Shown: piece by piece, positions 20,178 to 29,348 of the stretch
How the letters are laid out: every line of letters starts with the position of its first letter
Numbering within the stretch: the first letter of the stretch is position 1
Virus record (IMG/VR): IMGVR_UViG_3300033233_000001
Span: 1-64,000 of that record
Length of the DNA stretch: 64,000 nt
Strand: one strand, 5' to 3'
The notes under the pieces: generated by a model
Seen by the model: the letters and a program-made list of their open reading frames with translations, nothing else
The model's database searches: none
Told to the model about the DNA's origin: nothing
Translations under genes and position numbers: made by a program

Positions 20178-20426
20178 CTAGTCGTCGGCGTCCGAGAAGA
20201 GGTCGGGGATGTCGCCTTCCTCGTTCCCGAAGGCGCCGTCGATCCCCTCGTCGTCTTCGTGACCGTGATCTTCGGCCGTGATCGCCGTCGCCTTCGCGAA
20301 CGCGACGATCCACGCGCCGAGACTGCGCGGTCGCTGGTCGAGGCGATCCATGATCTCCTCGCGATGCGCGTCGAGCCACTCCTCGAACTCGTCGCGGATG
20401 ATCGTACCGGTTTTCGTGTTGGCCAT
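20178..20426 (-). CDS. Small acidic-tailed hypothetical protein
   Basis: 82 aa, D/E-rich C-terminus. Confidence 0.6.
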   Translation of the reverse strand: MANTKTGTIIRDEFEEWLDAHREEIMDRLDQRPRSLGAWIVAFAKATAITAEDHGHEDDEGIDGAFGNEEGDIPDLFSDADD

Positions 20427-20654
20427 GCGGCGAGGATGAGCACGAACTGGGCGGTCTTGCAAGGGGGTCCCAGAAGAGGTAGAACACTCTCGGAACGACG
20501 GAGACCTGGGCGTCCTCGGCAGTCGTTTCTGCTGTCCTGATCAGACGGCGACCTCTCCTCCCTAGCCCCGGCTCCGACGCGCTCTCCTCGTCGTCTGCGC
20601 GGCGGGGGGGGATCGACACGCGATCGCTGGACGGATACGATCCGTCGCGTAGCC

Positions 20655-21092
20655 ATGAGCGAGAACGTCACCGGATACGAAGAGGTCGCAGCCGCAATCG
20701 CCGATGCCTGCCGTGGGCCCTCGGGCACGCCCCACGAACGGCAGGCCAGCGCGGCACTGCTGGCGGCAGCGATTCACCGTGAGATGGCCGCGCTGGTCCG
20801 CGCACTCCACCGCGAGGAACTTGTCGACGCCAACCTGTTCGAGAACGGCGCCACCGTCACCCTCCGCCAGAACGGTGTGTCGGTCGAGGTCCAGCGCCTC
20901 TCCGGCCAGCACCGTCTGCGGGTCGAGATGTACGGGTTCGACGCGAGTCTCGTTCCACCTGGTCAGCGGGTTACCCAGGGCGACGTCGCGGCGCGCACCG
21001 TCGAAGAGTGCGGCGTTCTTGCACGAGCGTTCGTGCAAGCGATCGGCAATCTGATCCGCCAGGAGAGCATCCGGCGAGGGCGGTCCCAGTGA
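20655..21092 (+). CDS. Hypothetical protein
   Basis: 145 aa after a ~230 bp divergent intergenic region. Confidence 0.6.
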   Translation: MSENVTGYEEVAAAIADACRGPSGTPHERQASAALLAAAIHREMAALVRALHREELVDANLFENGATVTLRQNGVSVEVQRLSGQHRLRVEMYGFDASLVPPGQRVTQGDVAARTVEECGVLARAFVQAIGNLIRQESIRRGRSQ

Positions 21093-21233
21093 ATGTGGGC
21101 AGCGGCTCTACTTCATGGGCACGCGGGCGTTGCTAGGCAAAGCCGTGCGTAGTGCGTGGCATCGGGGTACGCCTCGATGATCGTCCACGAGCCAAAGCGC
21201 ATGCCGTCTGCATATGTCCTCGTGCGCGACACG

Positions 21234-21689
21234 CTACGACGGCCTGTCCTTCTTCTTCCGCTTCTCCGCTAGCTCGTCGGGCGGCGGAGGAGCGGCGTCG
21301 CGGTAGCCGGGACCTGGTTCTTCCGGAGGGCGCGTCAGGGCATCGACGGGTATGTGCCAGATTTTGCCGTCATTCGCCTCGCTATCGCCCGGCAACTGCA
21401 AGAACTGCAAGACCGCCTTGTTCTTCTTCTCTTTTGGTTCGTGCGTGAACCCGATGAGCGTTCCGATGGTTTTCGTCGGACCATCGCCCAGTGTCACCAG
21501 TACTCTGTCGCCTGGCTTCCAGATGACGGGCGGCTTCTTCGGAGGCGGTGGTTCCTTTTCCTTCGGAGGCGGCGACTCCTTCGGTTTCTGAGAGTCCTTC
21601 GGACGCTGTCCGATCGTGCGGCCAATCGCGACCCCGCATCCGAGACCGGTCATCACGCCGCTAGCGATCAGTAGGATGGTCGTGAACAT
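21234..21689 (-). CDS. Membrane-anchored protein with KOW/SH3-like domain
   Basis: N-terminal TM segment; WKPGDRVLV motif; Pro/Lys linker. Confidence 0.6.
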   Translation of the reverse strand: MFTTILLIASGVMTGLGCGVAIGRTIGQRPKDSQKPKESPPPKEKEPPPPKKPPVIWKPGDRVLVTLGDGPTKTIGTLIGFTHEPKEKKNKAVLQFLQLPGDSEANDGKIWHIPVDALTRPPEEPGPGYRDAAPPPPDELAEKRKKKDRPS

Positions 21690-22312
21690 CACGTGACTCT
21701 CCGCGATCCGCCTCGTGGTCGCATTCCGATACCGGTTAGCGATTGTTGATGTGCCTGGCACTCCTCTTTGGTGGCGAACGGCTCGTTGGTCCGGCTTCTC
21801 AGTTCGGGCGAAAGTACGAATCGCGCCGGCTTCTGCCCCTTCGGGATGGTCTGCGCCTCTTCGGTCGTCCAGCCGTGTGCGAGACGGGCGAAGATCGCCT
21901 GGCGAGAGATCCCAGTGCGGATCTGCGCGGCCTGCCCGGCGGTCACGTCGCAGTGCACGCATCGAAGGCTGTAGCGTTTCGCGTTACTACGGATGTAGTG
22001 CAAGCCGCGCACGGTGCGTCGATCGCAACGTGTGCAGGTCAGGATGACCATCTCGTCCTCGATCTCGGTGATGACGAAGTCTTGAAGTCGCTTGCCCAGC
22101 AGCCTCTCTCGCCACCCGGTCCAGCACGCAAGGCAGCTCTTGGTGGCGCCGGAAGCGAGGTGGCCTCGCACGATGTTCTTGATCGTGCCGCAGTCGCAGC
22201 GACAGCGTGCATAGCCGTGCTTACCATCAGCGAGCGCCTTCGACAGATACGCCTCGATGATCGTCCAGCGATTGAAACGCATGCCGTTCTTGTAGTTTTT
22301 CTTGCTAGGCAT
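21689..22312 (-). CDS. Cys-rich HNH-associated paralog 2
   Basis: RWTII...CRCDCG...LASGATKSC..C; RLAHGWTTEEA. Confidence 0.65.
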   Translation of the reverse strand: MPSKKNYKNGMRFNRWTIIEAYLSKALADGKHGYARCRCDCGTIKNIVRGHLASGATKSCLACWTGWRERLLGKRLQDFVITEIEDEMVILTCTRCDRRTVRGLHYIRSNAKRYSLRCVHCDVTAGQAAQIRTGISRQAIFARLAHGWTTEEAQTIPKGQKPARFVLSPELRSRTNEPFATKEECQAHQQSLTGIGMRPRGGSRRVT

Positions 22313-23030
22313 CGCGCGGCGCCCCTCGTCGCGGTCGTCCGCGCGGACGGACGCCGTCGCCGGTCAGCGCCTGCTCGTGCGTGTATCCGAGCCGGCGCCG
22401 CGAGTGATATGTGCCTGGAGAAACACCGGCTGCGCGCGACTGTGCGGCCGCCAAGCCCCAGTTCTCGGGACGTTTCGCGCTGGTCGCGGCACGCGGCCGT
22501 GGACCGGCACGGAAACGTTCCGGCATCTGTCCTCTAGAGAGCGTCGTTGCCTCTTCCCGCGTCCAGCCGTGTGCGATGCGCGACATGATGGCTTGGCGCG
22601 AGACGCCCGTGGCAGTGATGGCGGCAGCGCTCGCGATGACCGAGCAGTGCGAGCAGGATCCGTGCGTCTTGGTGCGCCGCATCGTCATGACGGTGAGCCG
22701 GTCAAGGATCGACGCGTGAGTACACACGGAGCACCGCAGCACGACCATCGTGCCATCGACCTCGATGACCGTGCGTGGTCCGAAGGAGAGTCCAAGGAGG
22801 GCTATTGGCTGCCTCTTTGCTGACGAGCAGACCTGACAGCGCGGCGTGTGACGCTGTCGTCCGCTGCGGACAATGTATCCGTGCCGGAGGAACGGACGAA
22901 AGATACTTCTGAGCGCGCCGCAATCGCACCGGCAACGCGCGTATTGCGACTTGCCGTCCACCGGGTAGGCGTCGAGGATGGTCCAGGTGCCGAAGCGCAT
23001 GCCATCGGCGTATTGACGCGGACTGCCCAT
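22305..23030 (-). CDS. Cys-rich HNH-associated paralog 3
   Basis: TWTIL...CRCDCG; RIAHGWTREEA; second RRRLGYTHEQA motif. Confidence 0.65.
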   Translation of the reverse strand: MGSPRQYADGMRFGTWTILDAYPVDGKSQYARCRCDCGALRSIFRPFLRHGYIVRSGRQRHTPRCQVCSSAKRQPIALLGLSFGPRTVIEVDGTMVVLRCSVCTHASILDRLTVMTMRRTKTHGSCSHCSVIASAAAITATGVSRQAIMSRIAHGWTREEATTLSRGQMPERFRAGPRPRAATSAKRPENWGLAAAQSRAAGVSPGTYHSRRRLGYTHEQALTGDGVRPRGRPRRGAPRDA

Positions 23031-23037
23031 GGCGTGC

Positions 23038-23394
23038 TCAGCGACTCCCAGGCCGGTCAAGGCTCACGCCGAACGAGTAGCCGCTGCCGGGACCGGCGCG
23101 CAGCATCACGGAGCGGCCGTTCGACCAGTGATTGATCTTGTCGGAGGCGAACTCCAGGTTCCACGGGATGCCGCCGCGCAGAACAGTCTGCGAGACGTCG
23201 ATGGTGCGTGCGACCATCGCGTCCATTTCGATGTGTTCGGGGGCATCGTACGGCCGGGACCCGAACCACTTCTTGTAGAAGTCCCAGTCGTACGAGAACG
23301 GCTTGCTCGCTGCGACCCAGCCGCTGAGCAGGTCGATAAGTTCCTCGCGGTTCAGCGGTGCGTGCGAGAAGTCGAGCTTGAGGCGTGCGGTCAC
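23038..23394 (-). CDS. Hypothetical protein
   Basis: GTGA overlap; coding-like composition. Confidence 0.55.
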   Translation of the reverse strand: MTARLKLDFSHAPLNREELIDLLSGWVAASKPFSYDWDFYKKWFGSRPYDAPEHIEMDAMVARTIDVSQTVLRGGIPWNLEFASDKINHWSNGRSVMLRAGPGSGYSFGVSLDRPGSR

Positions 23395-24029
23395 TGGTCG
23401 TCTTCCGTCAAGGCCGAAAACCCCGCGGCTCGTAGCGCGTCGACTTCGTTGTAGTCCAGGGGGATGGCGAACGCGTGTTTCCAGCGTCCCCGGGCCGCCG
23501 GGTCGTCGAGGTGCATCGCGTGTCGTGCCCAGTGACGAACGACGATCAGTGCTGGGAGTGCGAACGTCAGCCAGAGTGCTTCGTCGCCGCACAGTGCCAT
23601 GGCGGGCACTGTGAGGAGGAGGAAACCGAGTAGGACCGAAAAGAGGGCTTCGGAGGTAAAGACGAGGGCAGGCACGTCCTTGCTCTCCTCCATGCCGAAC
23701 AGCGTTGTTTGCAGCAAGAAGCGAGGCAGCAGGCGTAGGCCGCGCGGTAGCCATCGGACGCCGCCCGGCAAAGCGCGAACGACGGCCAGAAGCGCGCGCG
23801 GTACGGCGCGCGTCGCGCGGAAGGCTCCGGTCGCCACCGTCGCGATCAGCCAGGCGAGTCCGATGGCGACGTTCGCAAACAGCCCGAACACGAAGACAGG
23901 CGCCGCGATCAGCGCGCGCCCTACGAAGCGGGCCGCGATCGAGAGCGGCCTCATCGGCGAAAACGGCAGCGGAATGTGCCGGGGCGCACACGGTACGGCA
24001 GGCGATCGGTACGGGGTTTCTGGCGGCAT
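23391..24029 (-). CDS. Multi-pass membrane protein
   Basis: Several hydrophobic segments. Confidence 0.6.
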   Translation of the reverse strand: MPPETPYRSPAVPCAPRHIPLPFSPMRPLSIAARFVGRALIAAPVFVFGLFANVAIGLAWLIATVATGAFRATRAVPRALLAVVRALPGGVRWLPRGLRLLPRFLLQTTLFGMEESKDVPALVFTSEALFSVLLGFLLLTVPAMALCGDEALWLTFALPALIVVRHWARHAMHLDDPAARGRWKHAFAIPLDYNEVDALRAAGFSALTEDDQ

Positions 24030-24030
24030 G

Positions 24031-24045
24031 AGCTTACGACACACT
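24031..24045 (-). promoter_or_regulatory. 15-bp motif, copy 3, with adjacent TGTCGGACA palindrome (24054-24062)
   Basis: AGCTTACGACACACT in the divergent gap. Confidence 0.6.
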
Positions 24046-24099
24046 AACACAAGTGTCGGACAGTGGCAAGCCCGCCCGTGGATGCAGTAAGCTCCGGGC

Positions 24100-24909
24100 A
24101 TGACCTACCGAGCGGGCGTGCCGCTGTATGACCTTGACCTGCGTCGGGGCTCGTCGTTTTACACCGTGAACGCCGTGCCGATCCCTTCCTGGCGCTCGGT
24201 GCGAGCGCTGTACGGGCTCGGGGAGTCGCCGGCCCCGGCGCAGTTGGGTCGGATCAAGACGGCGGACGGCTGGTCGTACCAGATCACGCCGGAGGACGCG
24301 CTCTGGATCGCACGCTCGATCCAGTACGAGGGCGGGAACAGGATCGCAACGCTCTGGACCTACGCGCAGAGGCTCGCGCAGCGCCGCGGCACGAATCTCG
24401 CGACGCTCGTGCGCGGGCACAGCCAGCCGGTGAACCCGATGTGGGCGTCGGCGACGGCTTCAGGCTGCGTCGCGCATCCGGACCGGTGCACGCCGGCACA
24501 GCTTGCGCGCCGGCAGGAGGCAGCGACCCGACAGTGGGATGACCTGTCGTCTGCTTCGACAGTGCTGCGCTGGGCGCAGGCATACACGCCGAACGTCGTG
24601 CCGCGCGCGACGGACTTCGCCGACGCGACCGTCTCGCGGCACTTCTTGAGTCAGAACCCGCAGGCACGGGTCGTGATGCGCGACGGCAACTGGTATCTCG
24701 CGGAGGGCGCTGATAGCGCGCCGCGCGGTGGATCGATCGGGTGGCCGGAGAACTACGTCACGATCGAGTATGAGAGCCGGGTCGCTCGCCGAAGCCTCTT
24801 GGCCGGCGTGCCAAGCTGGGTTCCGTTTGCGGTGGCCGGGGGCGGTGGGCTGCTCGTGCTCGGCGGCGTCGCGGTCTGGGCCGCACGACAGCCGAAGGCG
24901 AAGATCTAA
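24100..24909 (+). CDS. SleB/hydrolase_2-like protein with C-terminal TM anchor
   Basis: EDALWIARSIQYEGG motif; hydrophobic C-terminus followed by basic tail. Confidence 0.45.
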   Translation: MTYRAGVPLYDLDLRRGSSFYTVNAVPIPSWRSVRALYGLGESPAPAQLGRIKTADGWSYQITPEDALWIARSIQYEGGNRIATLWTYAQRLAQRRGTNLATLVRGHSQPVNPMWASATASGCVAHPDRCTPAQLARRQEAATRQWDDLSSASTVLRWAQAYTPNVVPRATDFADATVSRHFLSQNPQARVVMRDGNWYLAEGADSAPRGGSIGWPENYVTIEYESRVARRSLLAGVPSWVPFAVAGGGGLLVLGGVAVWAARQPKAKI

Positions 24910-24925
24910 GGCAAGGAGCGCTGTC

Positions 24926-25903
24926 GTGAACTTCAAAAGCTACATCGTGTTGTTGCTGCTCGTCCTGTTTCCGTCGTGCGGGCCTCGTCCGCCTGATTCG
25001 GACGCTGGTCCGCCGGATTCTGGTCCGCCCGAGTTGACGCGCCTGCGCATCATCAACGGTTCGACCGGGACGCTCTGGATCTTCTATCAGATCGGCTCCG
25101 GCGGCGGCTCGATGTCAACGGCGCATCAGGTGCAACTCGCAGCAGGCGGACACATCGACTATCCGATCCCTGACGAAGGCCTCGCGGCCACTCGCTTCTG
25201 GGCAGGGTCTGGATGCGACGACACGGGGAACAACTGTGCGATCGGTCAGAGCGGTGGTCCCACGAGCGAGGGCTTCAACTGCCCGACGTACGGCTGTGCT
25301 CCGCCCGTCGACAGCAAGTTCGAGGGCACCTTCGGCTGTCTGCCGTCGGTGCCGACTGCCGACTGTCAGATCAACCCGTCGAGCCCGACGAGCGCGCCGC
25401 TTCCTACTACCGACTCCTGGGACACCAGCATGGTCGACGGCTTCACGCTGCCGTTCCGCGTCGACGTCATCGGCGACTGTCCGGGCGGCCCGACGAGCAA
25501 CGCGATCGACTGCTCGATGTTGCCGATGAGTATGTGTCCGACGGCCGAAGACCTCTCGACCGGCGGCATGTTCCCGGCGCTGGCCGCTGAGGACATGGAC
25601 GTCACGAACCCGTCGACGATGGCGATTGCCGGCTGCTACGCCGACTGTGCGCGCCTCACGTTCTCTCAGTGGGGCGGCCTCTCGTACGCGCCGGCTTCTC
25701 CCGAGGCGCAGATGTACTGCTGCCCGACGCCGCCGATCTCGCCCGATGCGTGTCGCACCGGGCCTGTCGCGAGCACGGGCTACACGGATCTTGTGCATCG
25801 GACCTGTCCGCAGGTCTATGCCTACTCGTACGACGACGGGACGGGGCTGTTCTCCTGTCCGGCCGGCGTGCGGTACGAGGTCACGTTCTACGCGGCGCAG
25901 TAG
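24926..25903 (+). CDS. Thaumatin-like (PR-5 family) secreted/lipoprotein
   Basis: RFWAGSGCD, KFEGTF, WDTSMVDGFTLP, CPQVYAYSYDD, FSC...YEVTF; 16 Cys after the signal Cys18; AAGGAG RBS. Confidence 0.85.
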   Translation: MNFKSYIVLLLLVLFPSCGPRPPDSDAGPPDSGPPELTRLRIINGSTGTLWIFYQIGSGGGSMSTAHQVQLAAGGHIDYPIPDEGLAATRFWAGSGCDDTGNNCAIGQSGGPTSEGFNCPTYGCAPPVDSKFEGTFGCLPSVPTADCQINPSSPTSAPLPTTDSWDTSMVDGFTLPFRVDVIGDCPGGPTSNAIDCSMLPMSMCPTAEDLSTGGMFPALAAEDMDVTNPSTMAIAGCYADCARLTFSQWGGLSYAPASPEAQMYCCPTPPISPDACRTGPVASTGYTDLVHRTCPQVYAYSYDDGTGLFSCPAGVRYEVTFYAAQ

Positions 25904-25911
25904 GCAGCCGC

Positions 25912-26196
25912 TTACGACGCTCGGGCTGCCCGGCTGGTCGCGCGCCGCCGCGCCGGTGGTTTTCGGAAGCGGATGACACGCCCCGGCATTTCCCACAGAG
26001 CCAGTGCGCTGACATCGCGACCGTCTCCGAGTGCGAGGCCCATGCCCTCGTCGACGACGCGCACGTTTTTCGCGCTGCGCACCCATGGGAGTTTCATTTT
26101 GACTACGGTGATCGAACCGTTGACGCCGAAAAAGAGACGCACCTCGTTCTTCGTGAGCCACTCGGCCATGCGCAGCAGCGGGTATGACTTGGACAT
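25912..26196 (-). CDS. DUF2442-like protein
   Basis: VRVVDEGMGL..GDGRDVSALALW; downstream partner of the DUF4160 gene. Confidence 0.5.
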   Translation of the reverse strand: MSKSYPLLRMAEWLTKNEVRLFFGVNGSITVVKMKLPWVRSAKNVRVVDEGMGLALGDGRDVSALALWEMPGRVIRFRKPPARRRATSRAARAS

Positions 26197-26201
26197 TTCG
26201 G

Positions 26202-26477
26202 TCACCTCACCTTCGGCGGCGGGATCTTGAGCGGCGTTGTGCCAGCCTGCGCAGCGTCCCATGCGGCCTGTAGCTCGTCGCGTCGCAGTTCGATGAACGC
26301 CTTGATGAGCTTCTTCCCGGACGGGTGCATCTTTCCAACGATCATCGAGCCGTCATCGAGCGCGAACGATGCGGCATATTCCGCTGCGAAGGCGTGAATA
26401 TGTGGTCGATGATGCTGTGCGTTCTTCTCAAAGAAGACCGCGATAACGATCCCGTAAAACCTGCACAACTCGGCCAC
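26202..26477 (-). CDS. DUF4160 family protein
   Basis: ELCRFYGIVI.VF...HHRPHIHA...ELRRDELQAAW...IPP. Confidence 0.85.
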   Translation of the reverse strand: MAELCRFYGIVIAVFFEKNAQHHRPHIHAFAAEYAASFALDDGSMIVGKMHPSGKKLIKAFIELRRDELQAAWDAAQAGTTPLKIPPPKVR

Positions 26478-26748
26478 AGCGGGAAACTAGCACGCCGCCT
26501 GGTTCAGGTCGACAGCCGCACCATCGGCACGGTTTCACGCTCGCCGCTCGGCTCGTCCTCGGTGCGCTCGAATCCTCAAGACGTTCTGGGTCCTGATCCT
26601 GGTCCGGCGCCGATGCCGGTCTCGTCGAGCCCGCCGAGCGCCGCTTCGAGCAGCCGGTCTCCGACGACGCGCCCTCGGGAGACAGCTTCGATCCAGATGA
26701 GGTACGCGATGTTTTCGTCGCCCGTTCGCGTGCGCATGTCCTCTGCGA

Positions 26749-26916
26749 TCAGTCCGTGGCAACGAGCGACTCGATCGGGATCTCGAACCTCGCGTGCAGC
26801 GCGCGAATCATCGCGAGCGTGAGCGGTCGCTTGCCGTTCATGATCTCTCGAACGCGCCGCCTGTTCCCGAGGAGTCCTTCGAGGTCGCGTTCGGTCAGGC
26901 CACCGGCTTCAAGATG
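26749..26916 (-). pseudogene. HigA-type antitoxin HTH fragment with no start codon
   Basis: Manual translation: GLTERDLEGLLGNRRRVREIMNGKRPLTLAMIRALHARFEIPIESL. Confidence 0.75.
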
Positions 26917-26948
26917 ACTTCTTGGTCGTGGTTCGCATCGGCGGCATT

Positions 26949-27977
26949 CTAGCCGATGATCGGCCCTGCCATCGTCACAGCCGCTTCGCGCACGCGCCGC
27001 AGGCTGTTGACGAGCGACGGCGGCGGAGCGCGTAGCTGGCCGAGGTAAAGGCGCGTCGCGTTAGGCCACGCGAGATCGAGGAGCCGCTGCGCGTCGTGCA
27101 GACGCACATCGTCTCTCTCGTCGCCGTCGCGGTCGGCGAGTCGCCGAAGACCACGCAGTACCTTGACCTTCGCCGGGTCGAGACCCGCGCGCACGGCGGC
27201 ACGTTTGACGATCGTCCAGATGACGTCGTTGTGCAGCGGACGTTCGGGGTCGAGGCCGGGCGCGATCGGACACGCTTTGGCCTCGCCGAAGACGCCGCTG
27301 TCGGGTCCCAGCCGCTTCAGTCGTCCGGCGCTGAGCCAGTGCGCCTGGATCGCGGTGTACGCCTCGTCGGGTAGCTTGAAGTTTTTCGGACCTCTCTTGC
27401 CAGTGACGCGATAGGTACGAGGTGACGTCGAGAGGCTGAGGTCGCGGATTCGCAGGTCGGCGACTTCGGATCGTCGCCGCCCGGTGTAGGCGAGAAAAAT
27501 AAGGACCGCGCGATCACGCATGCCGATCGGATCTGTCGGGAGTGCGTCGACCATCTTCTGGAAGTCGGCCCACTCGACGCCGGTCGCAGTGGTCGTCTCG
27601 TCGTCTGGGAGCACGTCCTTACGCCCGAGGAGATCGAACGGGTTCCGAGAGATGGTCTTCTTGTGTGCGAGGAACGTGAAGAACGCGTCGACGGCCGCGA
27701 GGCGCGTGCAGATCGTACTTTTCGAGTAGCCGTAGTTGACGAGGTAGCGCTTGTACTCCTCGGCGTCTTCGGCCGAGACCGAGCACAGGTCTTTCCACTG
27801 GACCAGGTCGAGGAACTGTCGGACACCATGTCGATACGTGCGCCGCGTGTTCTTCGGCTTGTTGACCAAGAATGCGTACATGGCGGCCACGATCGCACGC
27901 GTACGGTCGGGGTCGTCGCCGCCGATGGGCACGACATCGGATTCCGCTACGGACGAACGAGCTAGATTTTCGGCCAT
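26949..27977 (-). CDS. Tyrosine recombinase/integrase (XerC/D-like), divergent active site
   Basis: SAM-like N-domain (NTRRTY...STICTRLAAV), RDRAVLIFLAYTGRRRSEV, TGKRG, RGLRR, TRLY. Confidence 0.85.
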   Translation of the reverse strand: MAENLARSSVAESDVVPIGGDDPDRTRAIVAAMYAFLVNKPKNTRRTYRHGVRQFLDLVQWKDLCSVSAEDAEEYKRYLVNYGYSKSTICTRLAAVDAFFTFLAHKKTISRNPFDLLGRKDVLPDDETTTATGVEWADFQKMVDALPTDPIGMRDRAVLIFLAYTGRRRSEVADLRIRDLSLSTSPRTYRVTGKRGPKNFKLPDEAYTAIQAHWLSAGRLKRLGPDSGVFGEAKACPIAPGLDPERPLHNDVIWTIVKRAAVRAGLDPAKVKVLRGLRRLADRDGDERDDVRLHDAQRLLDLAWPNATRLYLGQLRAPPPSLVNSLRRVREAAVTMAGPIIG

Positions 27978-28057
27978 CGCGACGGATTCTAGTCCGGCTG
28001 TTGACAGAATCAAAAGTGTCGGACAATCTGTGCCTCTGCATGCAAATCAAGGACTTC

Positions 28058-28240
28058 ATGGCTGAGGGCGCGCCGCGCGTTGGGCTCCGGGTCAAGGTCA
28101 AGGGCAAGGACGGCGAGGACGACGTCGTCGGCGAGTTCCGCCGTTTCAAGGCCGAGGGCCGGAAGGTCATGCTCGTCCTGAAAGTTGGTCGTCGGCTCGT
28201 GGAAGTCAGGCCGCAGGACGCGATCGCCGCGCTCGTGTAA
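28058..28240 (+). CDS. Small SH3-like hypothetical protein
   Basis: 60 aa; PRVGLRVKV. Confidence 0.55.
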   Translation: MAEGAPRVGLRVKVKGKDGEDDVVGEFRRFKAEGRKVMLVLKVGRRLVEVRPQDAIAALV

Positions 28241-28250
28241 GGTGTCCGAC

Positions 28251-28598
28251 ATGTCCGACGCCGACTGGAAGTGCATCGACGCCGACTGGAATGCGTGGTG
28301 GTACGGCAACAAGTACCTCGTGCGTGTGGCGCGGCATCGTGGTCCGCCGCACTGGATGCACGGGATGCACTGGATGGTCGAGGTGTGCGTGCTCGTGTAC
28401 TCCGGCGAGGCGCCGATCACCCTCCGGTCGCGGCCGGTCTTCGAGGAGCACGACGAGGCGCTCGCGGTGGGCCGCGCGTGGTGTATGGCTGACGAGGCGC
28501 AGCGCGCGGCGCTGGAGCATTTCGTGGACCGGGGCTACGATGCGCCGGTCGATGTGATCGGCCGGCTGGTCGGGAAGATTCTGGGCGAGACGGTCTGA
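28251..28598 (+). CDS. Hypothetical protein
   Basis: Trp-rich; 9-bp triplet repeat encoding HWMHGMHWM. Confidence 0.55.
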   Translation: MSDADWKCIDADWNAWWYGNKYLVRVARHRGPPHWMHGMHWMVEVCVLVYSGEAPITLRSRPVFEEHDEALAVGRAWCMADEAQRAALEHFVDRGYDAPVDVIGRLVGKILGETV

Positions 28599-28631
28599 GT
28601 CGGCGCGGGCTGGGCGCTCGCCGGAGGCGAT

Positions 28632-29348
28632 ATGGGACGCGGGAATCACTTCGACGGCATCGGCGGGATCTTCTCGACGAGCATCTTCGGGCACACCGAC
28701 CGACTTCTGCCGGAGTGGGACGGTGACGACGAGCTTGATGCGCTCGTCGATGATGACGACAACGGTCGGCATCGGAGAGAGGAAGCCGTGTGGCCGGAGT
28801 CGATGAAGCTTGTGGAAGCGTCTCCGTCGTCGACGCTTCACGAGGAGAAGCCTTTCGAGTTCAAGTTTCCGCGTGTGGAGTCCGTGCCGCTGCCGCCGGG
28901 CGACTGGTACCTGTGGCTCGACGACGAACGCGACCCGCGCGTCGTGCTCGCGCCTGACAACGGCCCGAACTGCCTCGGCCTACGCTACGCGCAGTACGCG
29001 ACGACCGGGCTCGCCGCCGTCGACTGGAAGTGGGCGAAGTCGGTCACCGAGGCAATCGCTCTCTGCGAAGAGCACGGCGCGCCGAAGGTCATGGCTCTCG
29101 ATCATGACCTCGGCCTCGGTCCCGATCTCTCGACGCCGCAGACGGTCATGCCGTTCCTGCGCTGGCTCAGCGAGCGCGCCGATGTCACGACGTGGTTCGT
29201 GCACTCGGCGAACCCGGTCGGGCGCGACAACATCGCGAGCTACATGCGCTCGTGGGAGAGCGTGGCCGAGATCGTCGCTGCCAGCGAGAAGCGCATCGCC
29301 GTCGACTTCGACGAGGACGCGCCGCTCTCCCGCCCATCGCGCGCCTGA
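28632..29348 (+). CDS. Cyclic-phosphate-processing receiver-like domain protein
   Basis: LWLDDERDP, MALDHDLG, VHSANPVG motifs. Confidence 0.75.
   Translation: MGRGNHFDGIGGIFSTSIFGHTDRLLPEWDGDDELDALVDDDDNGRHRREEAVWPESMKLVEASPSSTLHEEKPFEFKFPRVESVPLPPGDWYLWLDDERDPRVVLAPDNGPNCLGLRYAQYATTGLAAVDWKWAKSVTEAIALCEEHGAPKVMALDHDLGLGPDLSTPQTVMPFLRWLSERADVTTWFVHSANPVGRDNIASYMRSWESVAEIVAASEKRIAVDFDEDAPLSRPSRA

Noticed and set aside
20479-20505. GTAGAA...CGGAGAC resembling both ends of the CRISPR repeat
   Set aside because: Only 27 nt, the middle is unrelated and there is no stem; probably chance
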